NCBI GenBank assembly: GCA_963794945.1
Contig: CAWCFT010000014.1
Location: forward strand, 1-64,000
Source: Endomicrobiales bacterium
GTDB taxonomy: Bacteria; Elusimicrobiota; Endomicrobiia; Endomicrobiales; CAWCFT01
Length of the DNA stretch: 64,000 bases
Direction of reading: 5' to 3'
Shown: piece by piece, positions 20,291 to 30,536 of the stretch
Layout of the letters: each line of letters opens with the position of its first letter
Position numbering within the stretch: position 1 is the first letter of the stretch
Translations under genes and position numbers: made by a program
Notes under the pieces: generated by a model
What the model saw: the letters and a program-made list of their open reading frames with translations, nothing else
Databases searched by the model: none
Told to the model about the DNA's origin: nothing

Positions 20291-22021
20291 ATGAGAAACA
20301 AGGAAGTAGCCGAAGCGCTCTATGAGATATCGGAACTGCTTATCTTAAAGAACGAGAACGTCTTTAAGGTCAGGGCGTACGAGCGCGCCAGCGAGATAGT
20401 GGCCTCCCTTCCCGAACCCATCGAATTCATCGCAGATAAAAATACACTCACAGATATCCCCGGTATTGGCGAGAGCATCGCGGAAAAAATACGGGAATAT
20501 CTAAAGACCGGGAATATACCCTTCCTTCAAGAACTAAAAACCGGGTTCCCCGAAGGCCTCTTCGAGATAATGAAACTGCAGGGAATGGGCCCCAAGAAGG
20601 CCAGGGCGCTGTTCGATAAGCTTAAGGTCAAAGACCTGGAGTCGCTTAAGAAAGCCGCCGAAGCCGGAAAAATACGGGACCTCAGTGGTTTTGGAAAAAA
20701 GAGCGAAGATAACATTCTCAAAGGAATAAGCCTGAGAGAAAAGTACGCCGGCAGGATACTTTTAAACGAAGCTCTCGGAATATCGAGAGAAGTCATTTTT
20801 GTCCTTTCTAAACTTAAGATTGTAAGCAACATAAGCCAGGCGGGTTCGCTGAGAAGGTTCAGGGAGACTATAGGAGATATAGACATACTCTGCAGCACGG
20901 AAAAAGGAAAAGCCGGGGAAGTCGTTGAGCGCTTCACTAAACTTCCGCAAGCCGCCAGGGTGATCGGAGCGGGCCCAACTAAAGCAAGTATAATAACGGG
21001 AGGCGGTCTTCAAATAGACCTTCGTGTAGTTGACGACTCTTCATACGGCTCGGCGCTTGTGTATTTTACAGGCTCCAAGGAACACAACATCAACCTCAGG
21101 GGCCTCGCCCGCGACATGGGGCTTACGGTCAATGAATATGGTGTTTTCAAAACATCGGATCTAAAAAAACCATTAGCGTCAAAAACTGAAGAAGACGTTT
21201 ACAAGGTTCTGGGGCTGGATTATATACCTCCTGAACTGCGGGAGAACAGAGGGGAGATCGAAGCGGCGAAGCACGGCACCTTGCCCCACCTTTTAGAAAC
21301 CAGCCATATAAAAGGAGATACCCACACCCATTCGAACTACAGCGACGGCGCCGATACACTTGAAGTTATAGCCGATAAGGCCAGGGCGCGGGGATACGAG
21401 TGGATAGTTGTAACCGACCACTCGCAAAGCCTTAAGGTGGCAGGCGGCCTGACTATAACCGACCTTAAACGAAAGATGAAAGAGATCAGACGCGTTAATT
21501 CTAACATATCCGGCTTTTATATGCTATGCGGGACAGAAGCCGACATATTAAGCGACGGCAGTATAGACTACCCGGACGAGATACTTAAAGAGCTTGACTT
21601 TGTGATAGCGTCCATCCACACCGGGTTCAATCAGAGCGAAAGCCTGCTTACTAACCGCATTATAAAAGCTATCGAGAACCCTAACGTCGACTGCATAGGC
21701 CACCCGACAGGAAGGCTTTTGAATGAGCGTGAACCATACGCCCTGAACATGGATAAGATCATTGCCGCCGCAAAAATAAACAATAAACTGCTTGAGATAG
21801 ACTCTTTTCCTGACAGGCTGGACCTAAACGACATATACTGCAGGAAAGCCAAAGATATGGGTGTCAAGATATCGATCGGTTCCGACGCGCATTCAGTTGA
21901 ACACCTTGCATACATGGAACTTGGTGTGAGTGTTGCAAGGCGCGGCTGGCTGGAAAAAGACGATGTGATAAACACCCTGTCTTACGATAAACTTTCGAAA
22001 TATTTGAAGAAGAGCAATTAA
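20291..22021 (+). CDS. polX: DNA polymerase X / PHP 3'-5' exonuclease
   Basis: GSLRR, GDIDIL, YFTGSKEHN, IPPELRE, HTHSNYSDG, TDHS, GSDAH. Confidence 0.95.
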   Translation: MRNKEVAEALYEISELLILKNENVFKVRAYERASEIVASLPEPIEFIADKNTLTDIPGIGESIAEKIREYLKTGNIPFLQELKTGFPEGLFEIMKLQGMGPKKARALFDKLKVKDLESLKKAAEAGKIRDLSGFGKKSEDNILKGISLREKYAGRILLNEALGISREVIFVLSKLKIVSNISQAGSLRRFRETIGDIDILCSTEKGKAGEVVERFTKLPQAARVIGAGPTKASIITGGGLQIDLRVVDDSSYGSALVYFTGSKEHNINLRGLARDMGLTVNEYGVFKTSDLKKPLASKTEEDVYKVLGLDYIPPELRENRGEIEAAKHGTLPHLLETSHIKGDTHTHSNYSDGADTLEVIADKARARGYEWIVVTDHSQSLKVAGGLTITDLKRKMKEIRRVNSNISGFYMLCGTEADILSDGSIDYPDEILKELDFVIASIHTGFNQSESLLTNRIIKAIENPNVDCIGHPTGRLLNEREPYALNMDKIIAAAKINNKLLEIDSFPDRLDLNDIYCRKAKDMGVKISIGSDAHSVEHLAYMELGVSVARRGWLEKDDVINTLSYDKLSKYLKKSN

Positions 22022-22848
22022 TGGATAAACATTTTGTTAAAAAACATATCAGCCTGGCCGACACGGCAAATATAAAGAACATCCTGCGCGCCAAGAACCT
22101 GCACACGGTATGCGAAAGCGCGCTCTGCCCTAACATAGGCGAATGCTTCGCGAAGAACACGGCAACATTCCTTATAGCGGGTTCGGTTTGCACGCGCGGA
22201 TGCACTTTTTGCGGAGTTTCAAAAGGCAGCCCGGCGCCTCTGGATGCCGGCGAACCGGAGAGGATATCCAAAACGGTGTCGGACATGGACCTCAGGTACG
22301 TAGTTATAACCTCGGTTACACGCGACGACCTTTCTGACGGCGCCGCTTCTCATTTCGCGAACACCGTAGCCCGGCTGAGAGCGGACAACCCCGCAATTAA
22401 GATCGAGACTCTTGTACCGGATTTCGGCGGCTCCAAAACTTCAGCGGCAGTAGTTTTTAATTCAAGGCCCGATGTATTCTCGCATAATATCGAGACCGTG
22501 CCGTCACTGTATTCCAGGGTAAGGCAGGGCGCCGACTATGAACGTTCCCTCGGTCTGCTTGGTGAGGCGTCTAAGTTCGGCCTTACGGCAAAATCCGGCC
22601 TGATGCTGGGACTTGGCGAAACCTTGAAAGAAGTCACGGCATCTATGAAAGACCTGATCTCCCGAGGTGTTAAAATATTAACTCTTGGCCAGTACCTTGC
22701 GCCATCGCGAGAACACGTGGGCGTGTTTAAACATTATACTGATAATGAGTTTTTGAACCTTAAAGAGACCGCTCTAAAGCTCGGGTTTTCAAACTGTGCG
22801 TCGGGCACATATGTAAGAAGCTCATACCTTGCGGAACAAATGATTTAA
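22021..22848 (+). CDS. lipA: Lipoyl synthase
   Basis: CESALCPNIGEC (CX4CX5C), CTRGCTFC, SVTRDDL, RSSY. Confidence 0.95.
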   Translation: MDKHFVKKHISLADTANIKNILRAKNLHTVCESALCPNIGECFAKNTATFLIAGSVCTRGCTFCGVSKGSPAPLDAGEPERISKTVSDMDLRYVVITSVTRDDLSDGAASHFANTVARLRADNPAIKIETLVPDFGGSKTSAAVVFNSRPDVFSHNIETVPSLYSRVRQGADYERSLGLLGEASKFGLTAKSGLMLGLGETLKEVTASMKDLISRGVKILTLGQYLAPSREHVGVFKHYTDNEFLNLKETALKLGFSNCASGTYVRSSYLAEQMI

Positions 22849-22896
22849 AATGTATTTTTTATATTTGATATTTAATTTTCTGTAAAAGGAGGCCTT

Positions 22897-23454
22897 ATGT
22901 CGGAGAAGATCAAGCAGGTGGCCATGAGGATAAGGTCCTTGAGGGAGATCTCGGGAATGTTTGCCTCGGAAGTAGCCCAGAAGCTCAGTATCCAAAAAGA
23001 TCAACTGGAGAACTACGAGAACGGTTCGGCTGATATTCCTGTCAGCATACTTTACGAGCTTGCCGGCGCCTACAAAGTTGAGCTCACCTCGCTTCTTACC
23101 GGAGAGGAACCGAAGATGCGCGAATACTCGCTTGTGAGAAAAGGCAAAGGCCCCCAGGTGGAACGCCGCAAAGCATACCAATACCTTGACCTCGCTTACA
23201 ATTTCAAAGATAAAAAAGCTGAGATATTCCATATAACCGCAGAGCCGCACGACTCGGAATCCAAACACAAACCATACGCGCATGAAGGACAGGAATTCAA
23301 TTACATACTTGAAGGCAGCATGAAGGTTATACTCGGAAAACATGAGCTTATACTCAACGAGGGTGATTCGCTGTTTTTCGACCCGCGGCACCCGCACGCC
23401 ATGTTCGCGATGCACAATAAACCGGCCAGGTTCCTTGCAGTTATCATAAAATAA
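22897..23454 (+). CDS. XRE-family HTH regulator with cupin domain
   Basis: N-terminal HTH (YENGSADIP) and cupin [12 protein letters not shown]...PHAM. Lies upstream of an acyl-CoA synthetase. Confidence 0.9.
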   Translation: MSEKIKQVAMRIRSLREISGMFASEVAQKLSIQKDQLENYENGSADIPVSILYELAGAYKVELTSLLTGEEPKMREYSLVRKGKGPQVERRKAYQYLDLAYNFKDKKAEIFHITAEPHDSESKHKPYAHEGQEFNYILEGSMKVILGKHELILNEGDSLFFDPRHPHAMFAMHNKPARFLAVIIK

Positions 23455-23498
23455 CTTTAATTCAGTCAGGTACATCAACCGGGCGGCACGGAGGCAAA

Positions 23499-25163
23499 AT
23501 GTCAGCTATACTGGATAAATACCTCAAGAAAACAAAATTCGATTCTTACGAAGATTTCCAAAAGAATTTCAAGATTGAAGTCCCAAAATCTTTCAATTTT
23601 GCTTACGATATTGTTGATGAGATAGCCAAACGCACACCTGACAAAATAGCGATGGTTTGGTGCGACGAGCAAGGCAACGAGGCAAAATTCACTTTCGCGC
23701 AGATGAAGGAGCAGAGCGACAGGGCCGCCAGCTTCCTTGTTTCCATCGGCATAATGAAAGGCGACCCAGTGATGCTAATCCTCAAGAGAAGGTACGAGTT
23801 CTGGTTCGCTTGCCTCGCGCTGCACAAAATTGGCGCCGTTTGCATTCCGGCAACCCACCTTTTAACTGTAAAAGACATCAAGTACAGGAACAACGCCGCA
23901 GGGATAAAAATGATAATCTCCGTCGCTGAGCAGGAAGTGATAAATAGAGTTAACGAAGCTCAGGCCGATTCTCCCACGCTGAAACTCAAAGCATCGATAG
24001 GCGACTTCGAAGGTTGGCTCAACTTCAACAAAGAAGTGCAAAAAGCCTCACCGGCTTTTGAAAGGCCCGCGGGCAAACTCGCTTCAAAGAACAGCGACAT
24101 ATTCCTTTTGTATTTCACTTCAGGAACTACGGCGATGCCTAAAATGGTCCGCCACGATTATACGTACCCGCTAGGGCACATCACCACCGCGAGATACTGG
24201 CAGAATATTCCTCCTGACGGGCTGCATTTCACGGTTGCGGACACGGGCTGGGCAAAATCCGCGTGGGGAAAGATCTACGGACAATGGATCTGCGAGAGCG
24301 GTATTTTCGTTTATGATTACAACAGGTTCGTCCCTAAAGACATGTTGAACGTGCTCACCAAGTACGGCGTCACATCGTTCTGCGCTCCGCCGACGATATT
24401 CCGCTATCTCATAAAAGAAGACTTATCAAAATATAATTTTACAAAATTGAAATACTGCCTTGTCGCGGGTGAACCTTTAAACCCAGAGGTCTACAGCCAG
24501 TTCTTGCAGATGACCGGCATTAAGCTCATGGAAGGTTACGGCCAGACCGAAACTGTCGTCATTGTCGCTACTTTCCCGTGGCTTGAGCCTAAGCCCGGTT
24601 CAATGGGCAAACCAACACCCGGGTATGATATTGACATAGTTGACGAGAACTTCAAATCATGCGAGGCCGGTGAAGAGGGCCAGATAGTCATCCGCGTGGG
24701 GAAAAATAAACCTGTCGGCATGTTCGGCGGTTATTATATGGACGATGTGCTCACTAAAAAGGTTTGGCACAACGGGCTGTATTTCACCGGAGATATGGCG
24801 TACCGCGATGAGGACGGGTATTACTGGTTCGTAGGGCGCGCGGATGACGTGTTCAAGAGTTCCGGCTACCGCATCGGCCCATTCGAAGTCGAAAGCGCCC
24901 TTGTTGAGCACCCTGCCGTGCTTGAGTGCGCGGTAACGGCGGTGCCCGACCCAGACCGCGGGCAGGTTGTAAAAGCGACCATAGTATTGTCAAAGAACTA
25001 TACTCCAAGCGATGCGCTTGCCAAGGAGCTGCAGGAGCACGTCAAAAGGGTTACGGCCCCATACAAGTACCCGCGTATAGTCGAGTTCGTCACCGAACTT
25101 CCTAAAACAATAAGCGGAAAAATAAGACGCGTCGAGATAAGGGATAAAGACAAGAATAAATAA
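23499..25163 (+). CDS. AMP-binding acyl-CoA synthetase (acetyl-CoA/MACS-like)
   Basis: [36 protein letters not shown]. Confidence 0.93.
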   Translation: MSAILDKYLKKTKFDSYEDFQKNFKIEVPKSFNFAYDIVDEIAKRTPDKIAMVWCDEQGNEAKFTFAQMKEQSDRAASFLVSIGIMKGDPVMLILKRRYEFWFACLALHKIGAVCIPATHLLTVKDIKYRNNAAGIKMIISVAEQEVINRVNEAQADSPTLKLKASIGDFEGWLNFNKEVQKASPAFERPAGKLASKNSDIFLLYFTSGTTAMPKMVRHDYTYPLGHITTARYWQNIPPDGLHFTVADTGWAKSAWGKIYGQWICESGIFVYDYNRFVPKDMLNVLTKYGVTSFCAPPTIFRYLIKEDLSKYNFTKLKYCLVAGEPLNPEVYSQFLQMTGIKLMEGYGQTETVVIVATFPWLEPKPGSMGKPTPGYDIDIVDENFKSCEAGEEGQIVIRVGKNKPVGMFGGYYMDDVLTKKVWHNGLYFTGDMAYRDEDGYYWFVGRADDVFKSSGYRIGPFEVESALVEHPAVLECAVTAVPDPDRGQVVKATIVLSKNYTPSDALAKELQEHVKRVTAPYKYPRIVEFVTELPKTISGKIRRVEIRDKDKNK

Positions 25164-25196
25164 AAGTCGAGTCATTTGAAAAACCTTTTGTTATGT

Positions 25197-25291
25197 GTCT
25201 TTGCGAGCGACCGCAGGGAGCGCGGCAATCTCGGTGTTCTTGAGGTATAGATGAGATTGCTTCATACAGCCAAGGCCGGATTCGCAATGAC
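25197..25291. repeat. REP/MITE-like palindromic element
   Basis: Outer IR GTCTTTGCGA/TCGCAATGAC and inner IR GCAATCTC/GAGATTGC. Confidence 0.7.
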
Positions 25292-25310
25292 GACACGGTA
25301 TTAAAATGAA

Positions 25311-27251
25311 ATGCATATGAAACATTTAATTCGTTTATTGCCTTTGTCGTGTATTCTGTTGTGCGGCCAGCTTAACGCTAGTGAAGATATTGCCGGTCCT
25401 AGCACCCAGACTGTCGCATGCCCACTCCCTGTATTAGTTTCAACTGCGGCAGCACTGCCGGCGGCTCAGCCCCTGCAATTAGTAACATCGCCCGCGCCTT
25501 ACTTCCAGATCAATCATCCGTGCGAGAACGCGCATCTCGGCGCGTTGTCATCAACCTTTGTGTACGGCGAAGCGCCGTCCAGCGGCACGCTTACCATAAA
25601 CGGCCAAGCGGTACCCGTAGACCTCGGAGGCGGTTTCCTGACAATGGTTGACCTTGCGCCAGGGACATTCAAGATACACGCGGTATTAACACTCGGCGCT
25701 TCAGTGTACACTATAACACGTACCGTTAACGTAGAAGGTGCATCAGTTCCCTCACCGGTTTCACCGCTGACAGTTGAGTATGTAACTCCTAATAACGATA
25801 TAGTGGCAGCACCAGGAGACGAAATAATCGTCACAGCGAAAGGCAGCCCGGGCATGAAGGCGTCGTTTACGGTCGGGGCTATGAAAAGAAAGTTCCCGAT
25901 GGCTGAGTCCGCCGCTGGCCAGGGTATATATAACGGCGTTTATGTAGTGGGCGCGCAGGATAAACCCAATAGATCAAAGATACTGGTAACGCTCGCCAAT
26001 ACAAAAAGGAATTTAAAGAAAAGCAAAAAAGCGGATGGGACAGTTTCACTGCTTTCCGATGCGTCACCGTTGATAGCTGAAACTACAGGATATAGCACGA
26101 CACTTTATGCTGGCCCGTCACTCTCCAAATCTGATACAGCTGGATACTACTTGTTTTTACCTCAGGGCACGCCACTGCGCATTACGGGCGGCAAAGGCGA
26201 TGAACTGCGTGTCCGGCTAACAAAAACAAAAGAGGCATGGGTCAACCGCTCCGCCGTCAAACTTCTCCCCGCAGGGACAACGCCCGGACACACGATAGCC
26301 GAAAATATTCTTATCACGAACGACGAACGGTCAGCGAATATCCACATTCCGCTTGGACGACGCGTACCTTTCGAAGTGCAGCCGGACATGGATAAGAAAT
26401 ATATAGACGTGTTATTTTACGGCGCGTACTCTAATACCGACTTTATGACTTACATATCGACCGGTGTTGTCGAGCAGGTAAAATGGTTCCAGGATGATGC
26501 CGAAACGTACCGTGTGCGCGCCTACACGCCCTCGTCAAAATGGTGGGGCTACGATGCCCGGTACGAAGGCGGCACTTTTGTCCTTGAGGTGCGCAACCCG
26601 CCACCGGCCGTAGTTGGAAGCACCATGCCTCTCGCCGGGCTTACCATTGCAGTAGACGCCGGGCATTCACCGGATACCGGCGCGATAGGAGTGACGGGGC
26701 TCTTGGAACGCGACGTTAACCTGCAGATGGCCAAAATACTTACCAGTAAACTTACAGCCCTGGGCGCAAATGTCTTTATGACCAGACCCGACCCGCAGCC
26801 TGTCGCTCTTGGCGACCGCCCCAGGCTTGCGTGGCAGGCGCACGCTGATATATTTGTCAGCGTCCACAATAATTCTCTCAGCGACGCCGAAAACCCTTTC
26901 AAGCAGAACGGGTACGAGATATATTATTTCCATCCGGTAAGTTTCGCGCTCGCGGAAGAGATACACAAGGCTTACGGCGAACTGGTGGGGAACGACAGCC
27001 CTGCGGAATATAAACTGCACGATGGCGGCATTCACTACGGCAACTTCGTCATTACCCGCACTACCCAGATGCCTGCCGTACTGACCGAATCTGCCTATAT
27101 GATAGTCCCGCGGGAAGAAAGGTTCCTTAAAACGGAGCAATTCAGATCGGCCTGCGCGGAAGCGATTGCCCGCGGCATAGTGCGTTACATGGAACATATC
27201 CGCCCTGGCCTAAAACCAAAACAAGCCGAAAAGAAAAAGCGCGGCAGGTAG
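25311..27251 (+). CDS. Secreted N-acetylmuramoyl-L-alanine amidase (Amidase_3)
   Basis: Signal peptide. C-terminal VDAGH, E.DVNL, SVHNN, PAVLTESAY. Confidence 0.9.
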   Translation: MHMKHLIRLLPLSCILLCGQLNASEDIAGPSTQTVACPLPVLVSTAAALPAAQPLQLVTSPAPYFQINHPCENAHLGALSSTFVYGEAPSSGTLTINGQAVPVDLGGGFLTMVDLAPGTFKIHAVLTLGASVYTITRTVNVEGASVPSPVSPLTVEYVTPNNDIVAAPGDEIIVTAKGSPGMKASFTVGAMKRKFPMAESAAGQGIYNGVYVVGAQDKPNRSKILVTLANTKRNLKKSKKADGTVSLLSDASPLIAETTGYSTTLYAGPSLSKSDTAGYYLFLPQGTPLRITGGKGDELRVRLTKTKEAWVNRSAVKLLPAGTTPGHTIAENILITNDERSANIHIPLGRRVPFEVQPDMDKKYIDVLFYGAYSNTDFMTYISTGVVEQVKWFQDDAETYRVRAYTPSSKWWGYDARYEGGTFVLEVRNPPPAVVGSTMPLAGLTIAVDAGHSPDTGAIGVTGLLERDVNLQMAKILTSKLTALGANVFMTRPDPQPVALGDRPRLAWQAHADIFVSVHNNSLSDAENPFKQNGYEIYYFHPVSFALAEEIHKAYGELVGNDSPAEYKLHDGGIHYGNFVITRTTQMPAVLTESAYMIVPREERFLKTEQFRSACAEAIARGIVRYMEHIRPGLKPKQAEKKKRGR

Positions 27252-27276
27252 CAAAGAAATATCTAAAGGGAGGCCA

Positions 27277-27710
27277 ATGGAGAAGATACCGCATTATTTT
27301 ATCCAAGAGCTCAACGCTACTGTTTTTACTTTAGAGCCCGACGCGGTATACACGGATATGCGCGACGGGATAGATGAATTCTACCGCGGAGAGTTATCAA
27401 AGTACATGCTGCTGGATTTTTCAAAACTTGACAAGCACCTCACAAGCGAGGAAGTAATGAAAATTGGCCAGCAGATGCGGCGCCTTGGCAAGTCGCGCAA
27501 AGGTGGGTTCGATCTCATTGTGGTGCCGGGCCCCTTTTGCAATACGGCCTGGGGCGCATGTATGCAGCGTACGTCGAGGACATTTCACCTGACGCTCTGC
27601 AAACCAAAGTATTCCGCTCGAAAGAAGACGCCCTTAGATGGATAAAAGAAAACGAAATAGAAGAAAAATATAAAGCTAACAAAGCCACGCAAAAAAGCAC
27701 TCGTAACTGA
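27277..27710 (+). CDS. Hypothetical STAS/SpoIIAA-like protein (indel near 27535)
   Basis: GGAGG RBS. The shifted frame gives LQYGLGRMYAAY...KVFRSKEDALRWI. Confidence 0.6.
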
Positions 27711-27758
27711 TCAAGAAGGCGCATGTAGGCATCTGTTGCTTGAAAAAGGAGTGTTCAA

Positions 27759-28256
27759 ATGACAAGAAAAGAAAGCTTAAAAACCACTCTCCTGGCCGGC
27801 CTGATCACCATCTCATTCGGAGGCTGGCTGCTTCATTACAGGATACACCTTCCCTCGGCTAACCCGGCGAACTACATACCTTTCCTCGCGGGCATCATAA
27901 GCGTTATAGTTATACCAGCAATGTTCATGAAAAGGGACTTAGCGCCGTTCGCTTACATTCTTAACGGCATGATGGTAGTTATAGGTATAATAACAATGGC
28001 GCACTTTTCGATAGCGCATTTCAAAGGGCCCCTGACACTTCATGCTTTATTATTCAATACGATCTTTCCCGACATAGTGATGCTGACAGCTAAGTTCTTC
28101 ATGGGCAAAGCGCTTTTTGACGTTATCATCACGCAGGATCTCAACGCCCCTGTCGCCGGCAGGTTCCTGAGATACCCAAACACCGGCTTCTGGTTATTGC
28201 ACCTCATTCTGATGTCTCTAGTATATACCGCCGGCCATTTGCTTTGGAAGGCATAA
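27759..28256 (+). CDS. Hypothetical integral membrane protein (His-containing helices)
   Basis: AAGGAG RBS and ~5 hydrophobic segments. Confidence 0.75.
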   Translation: MTRKESLKTTLLAGLITISFGGWLLHYRIHLPSANPANYIPFLAGIISVIVIPAMFMKRDLAPFAYILNGMMVVIGIITMAHFSIAHFKGPLTLHALLFNTIFPDIVMLTAKFFMGKALFDVIITQDLNAPVAGRFLRYPNTGFWLLHLILMSLVYTAGHLLWKA

Positions 28257-28356
28257 ATATGGAAGACAATTCGAAATTCGAATACCTTAAATCCTAAATG
28301 ATATTAAATAACCAGAAGTGCAAAAAGCTTCGAATTTGTTAAGAAAAGGAGTCTTT

Positions 28357-28452
28357 ATGTTCAGGTTCATGTTGTTTAAACCCGGTTGGTGGATGCTTCA
28401 CATCGCGGCGCTTATATTCATTTTCTGGCTGGGCCACGTTGTAAAGTTTTGA
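28357..28452 (+). CDS. Small 31-aa membrane peptide MFRFMLFKPGWWMLHIAALIFIFWLGHVVKF (not in the ORF track)
   Basis: AAAGGAG RBS a few nt upstream, one hydrophobic helix, and similarity to the C-terminus of 27759..28256. Confidence 0.65.
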   Translation: MFRFMLFKPGWWMLHIAALIFIFWLGHVVKF

Positions 28453-28532
28453 TCCGCTTCTTTTCGGCCATACATTTTTCTTTGGATATAGAGATCGACT
28501 TTATAAAATATCTTTAAAGTGGGGAGAGCAAA

Positions 28533-29354
28533 ATGAAAAAGCTACTTATTATTATTCCAGCTGTTCTTATCATGATTGCCGCCGCTTTCAGCGCTCAGGC
28601 GCTGGAGAACAACGGCATGTTTCTGGTCTCGCCAATGGCGGGTACTATTAACTGCGATGTTAAATTCAACACGCCAGGCACAGGCAGCGCGAGCAGCATA
28701 AACGATTCCGGGCCGCTTGAAGCCATTTCGATGATCTATGCCTGTCCGCGGTTTACTCTGGGCAGTATGGCGCACTTTTCTACTCTCAACAAGAGCACCG
28801 AGAACGGGTACCTGTTTTACGGGTTGTATAATTTCCTTAACGGCTCAAACATATATCCAACCGTGGGTTTTTACTCTGACTATATAAGCGTGTACACAAA
28901 GGCGACATCGGATGATGTCGCGCCGCTCAATTCAATGAACATCGATTCGTCCATTTGGGGGCTGCACGCTATAGCCGGGATGACGTTCAAGGTGAACGGG
29001 CAGAAGGTAATGCCGTTCATCGGGTATTTCAACGAAGAGGTGGGCACATCGTTCGCTTCTGAAGGCATGATAATTGGCGGGCAAACTCAATACGGCTTTG
29101 CTGGCGACGCGTCGGCCGTGCTTAACTATATGACGGCTGGCATCAAAGCCGACCTGATGGTCTGCCGTTGTGTAAGGCTGGACGCCAAGATATATGACCG
29201 CTTCAGCCGCGGCGAACAAGGCCTGTTCACAGCGCGGACAAGGCTTGACCTTCTGCTGTCAAAGCAGGCGGGAATATCCGTTAAATACGATTACTTCGAT
29301 GACGTATATGAGAAAGACACTTTCGCAATGATAGGCCCGTTTTTTGTGTTCTAG
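28533..29354 (+). CDS. Secreted/outer-membrane beta-barrel-like protein
   Basis: Signal peptide (SAQA), alternating beta-strand pattern, C-terminal Phe. Confidence 0.65.
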   Translation: MKKLLIIIPAVLIMIAAAFSAQALENNGMFLVSPMAGTINCDVKFNTPGTGSASSINDSGPLEAISMIYACPRFTLGSMAHFSTLNKSTENGYLFYGLYNFLNGSNIYPTVGFYSDYISVYTKATSDDVAPLNSMNIDSSIWGLHAIAGMTFKVNGQKVMPFIGYFNEEVGTSFASEGMIIGGQTQYGFAGDASAVLNYMTAGIKADLMVCRCVRLDAKIYDRFSRGEQGLFTARTRLDLLLSKQAGISVKYDYFDDVYEKDTFAMIGPFFVF

Positions 29355-29412
29355 AAAAATATTTTCAGAAATCTATTTTATAAGATTTATTATTTAACTA
29401 ATAGGAGGATTA

Positions 29413-29874
29413 ATGATCAAGATGCGCCAGATGAGGCAGGAAGACAACAGCGCGGTAAAAAGCCTTATCAGCTCTATAATGAACGATGAATTCGTAGAGA
29501 GCGCGAAGTCTTATACAACGGACGACCTGGAAAACACATTCGAACATTACAACGGGAAGAATGACGCTTTTTATGTCGCTGAAGGAACTGGCGGGAAAAT
29601 TGTCGGCACTGTTGGAATTAAGAACGACGGCCCGCATACGGCGCTGCTGCGGAGGCTTTTTTTGGCAAAGGAATTCAGGGGAAAAGGCAATGGGTCAAGG
29701 CTTATCCAGCAAGCTTTGGATTTCTGTAAAAATCATGGGTACAAGAAAGTTATCTTCCGCGGGACCGGCGCTATGACGTCGGCCTATAAGACATGCCTCA
29801 AGAACGGGTTTAAGGAAAACGACATACTTGTGCTTGCCCACACAAAGATGTTCTCTCTGGAGATCAGTATATAA
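29413..29874 (+). CDS. GNAT-family N-acetyltransferase
   Basis: IVGTVG, LRRLFL..EFRGKGNGSRL, GF. Confidence 0.9.
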   Translation: MIKMRQMRQEDNSAVKSLISSIMNDEFVESAKSYTTDDLENTFEHYNGKNDAFYVAEGTGGKIVGTVGIKNDGPHTALLRRLFLAKEFRGKGNGSRLIQQALDFCKNHGYKKVIFRGTGAMTSAYKTCLKNGFKENDILVLAHTKMFSLEISI

Positions 29875-29878
29875 TTAT

Positions 29879-30430
29879 ATGAATACGGCTTTGCTTATTA
29901 TAGATGTTCAAAACGACTATTTCCCGAACGGGAGAATGAAATTATTCGAAAGCATAAAGACAAGCCTTGAGATCAAAAACCTCCTGGAGTATTTCAGAAG
30001 CAAGTCGATGACCGTGATACATGTTCAGCATTTTTCTACAAGACCCGGAGCTACATACCTAGTGCCCGGAACCCCGGGTGTTGAATTCCACCCGAATGTA
30101 CAGCCGCTTACCGGTGAAAAGATAGTTGTTAAGAACTATCCCAACAGCTTCAGAAAAACCGGCCTTGATGACTACCTGAAAAATAACAATATTTCCCGGC
30201 TGGTGATAGCCGGCATGATGACACATATGTGCGTAGACACTACAGTCCGCGCGGCCTATGACCTGGGATATGAATGCATAGTGGCAGGAGATGCCTGCAC
30301 GACAAAAACATTGAATATTTTTGACAGCGAAATATCCGCCGGGAACGTCCAGAACTCTTTTCTTGCCGCGCTAAATGGGGTATTCTCAAAGATAATAAAG
30401 ACGGCTGAAGTTATAGAATTGATCAAATAG
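29879..30430 (+). CDS. Isochorismatase-family cysteine hydrolase
   Basis: ALLIIDVQNDY, K.YPNSF..T.L, GMMTHMCVDTTVRAA. Confidence 0.92.
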   Translation: MNTALLIIDVQNDYFPNGRMKLFESIKTSLEIKNLLEYFRSKSMTVIHVQHFSTRPGATYLVPGTPGVEFHPNVQPLTGEKIVVKNYPNSFRKTGLDDYLKNNNISRLVIAGMMTHMCVDTTVRAAYDLGYECIVAGDACTTKTLNIFDSEISAGNVQNSFLAALNGVFSKIIKTAEVIELIK

Positions 30431-30536
30431 ATTACACTAATACATCGACGGGCCGCAATCTGTGTAATCTCCGCACAAATCTTTGAAATGAGAGATTATT
30501 TGATTAAAGACGGTATTTTTGATAAAATCAACCATT

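Noticed and set aside
28259..28297. Mini-ORF MEDNSKFEYLKS after the membrane protein gene
   Set aside because: It has only 12 codons and is mostly encoded by the AATTCGAAATTCGAA periodic repeat element.
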